Shown here in pieces: positions 63,000 through 64,000 of a DNA stretch of 64,000 nucleotides. Where the stretch lies: positions 41,604,001 to 41,668,000 of the forward strand of contig CM052818.1 in the NCBI GenBank assembly GCA_028534125.1, given 5' to 3'. The notes beneath the pieces are model-generated. The model did no database searches, was not told the DNA's origin, and saw only the letters and a list, made by a program, of their open reading frames with translations. How positions within the stretch are numbered: position 1 is the first letter of the stretch; every line of letters begins with the position of its first letter. The DNA is from Lama glama (lineage: Eukaryota). The translations under genes and the position numbers were made by a program.

Positions 63000-63380
63000 T
63001 TATACTAGTCACTTGTTTCTGCTGATCAATGTAATGCGTATCTGTTATTTAAAAAAACTTGAAGTTTATAGAAGTATTTATTTAGCAATTTAACAACTCA
63101 TAGCAACACCAAGCACAGTAGCTCTGGTTTTACATTAGTTCCTTGCAGTCTTTTTATAAGCATTTTACTTCGTTGATATTGTAGTACATATACATGTAAA
63201 AATCTCATTTTTCCAGTTAAAATTAGGATTTTTCAAATATCATTAAACTTATTCCAAAAACGTAACTTTGAAAAGCTGCATAAAATCCGTACTATGAAAG
63301 TAAATATAGTTTAGTTAAACATGTTAACCATGTTGGATATTTAGGCTGTTTCAGATTTTTTACTGTTAAAATGAATGCTG
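63000..63380 (-). mobile_element. Old L1 (L1ME-like) 3' region
   Basis: tgttggatatttaggctgtttcagatttttactgttaaaatgaatgctg resembles antisense L1ME. Confidence 0.65.
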
Positions 63381-64000
63381 GCTTTCTGTCAAGATGGGGC
63401 TTTGAATTCCCAAACAAGCCACCTCATCCCAGCTTGCACTCCAGACACATGTTGTAGTAGACCAGAGATTTTTAAATATGTCAAAAGGCACTCATGCTTA
63501 AAGTAATACTATCAGCTCCATAAATGGGCCATAAATGGTAGAAATATATCACTGGAGAGCTGAAATATAATCTTATGGAGCTCCAGAACCAGAGACATAA
63601 AGAAATGGCCAAGAACTACTTGCATTCAGGGTAAGTGTGGAAGTCCAGGACAAGCATGACTACCAAGTAGTAGTGCACTGTCTAGCTCCTAGAGATGTCA
63701 TTCACACTATAGTATAAATAAATGATTACCATCTCCATTACCCCATCCAAGTAATTGTGCTAAGGAAGATTCTTTATGTGAAAAAAAACAGAGATGGAAT
63801 CCACTGCCAGGGACTAGGGAGTGTGAAGAGCTACAAACTCTGCCCCAAACTACAGCTAATAGTATATTGTTATCAAGGGATTTGGAGGGAGCAGAGATAT
63901 CTGCTTGACCAGGTCATTGGCCAAGCTGTCCATTGTTTCTGAAAAGTGATTTACAGTATCTTTGTGGAATGAGAATATTTGTTGAGCACAACACCCTTTC

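Noticed and set aside
3465..63380. Repeat orientation bias as a sign of a host transcription unit
   Set aside because: L1s lean to + while LTRs lean to -, giving contradictory signals from small numbers
63380..63720. Possible L1 5'UTR-like segment
   Set aside because: Resemblance too weak to assign without a Dfam search
1..64000. CRISPR arrays, operons or other prokaryote-type systems
   Set aside because: The sequence is mammalian; no regularly spaced repeat-spacer array or gene-dense region is present

Overview
Mammalian non-coding genomic DNA, very likely from a camelid (alpaca/llama/camel). It carries three tRNA-Ala-derived vic-1-type SINEs and artiodactyl-type L1 3' ends, on a background of ancient MIR, L2, MLT1, MER21, LTR16/33 and DNA-transposon (MER2, MER5, MER58, MER91, Charlie) fossils. 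I found no protein-coding exon, RNA gene or recognisable host gene. The listed ORFs are short chance ORFs, repeat remnants or low-complexity artefacts. Several repeat-free blocks (about 13.2-14.1, 26.4-27.0, 28.2-29.3, 46.2-47.1, 50.1-50.4, 56.6-57.4 and 60.9-61.4 kb) retain CpGs and/or cluster homeodomain, SOX, TCF, FOX and GATA-like motifs. They look like cis-regulatory elements of a gene desert or a very large intron; this is inference and no conservation data were available. The most distinctive sequence-level observations are a 45-bp unique duplication 1980 bp apart, a small orphan CpG-rich block with GC boxes, a G4 motif and a perfect NF-E2/NRF2 site, a CCAAT-CCAAT-CATAAAA promoter-like array, and several retrotransposition events with visible target-site duplications (TSDs). 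I cannot support a novel biological system from sequence alone. Repeat families were assigned from memory of consensus sequences, and boundaries of old repeats are approximate.
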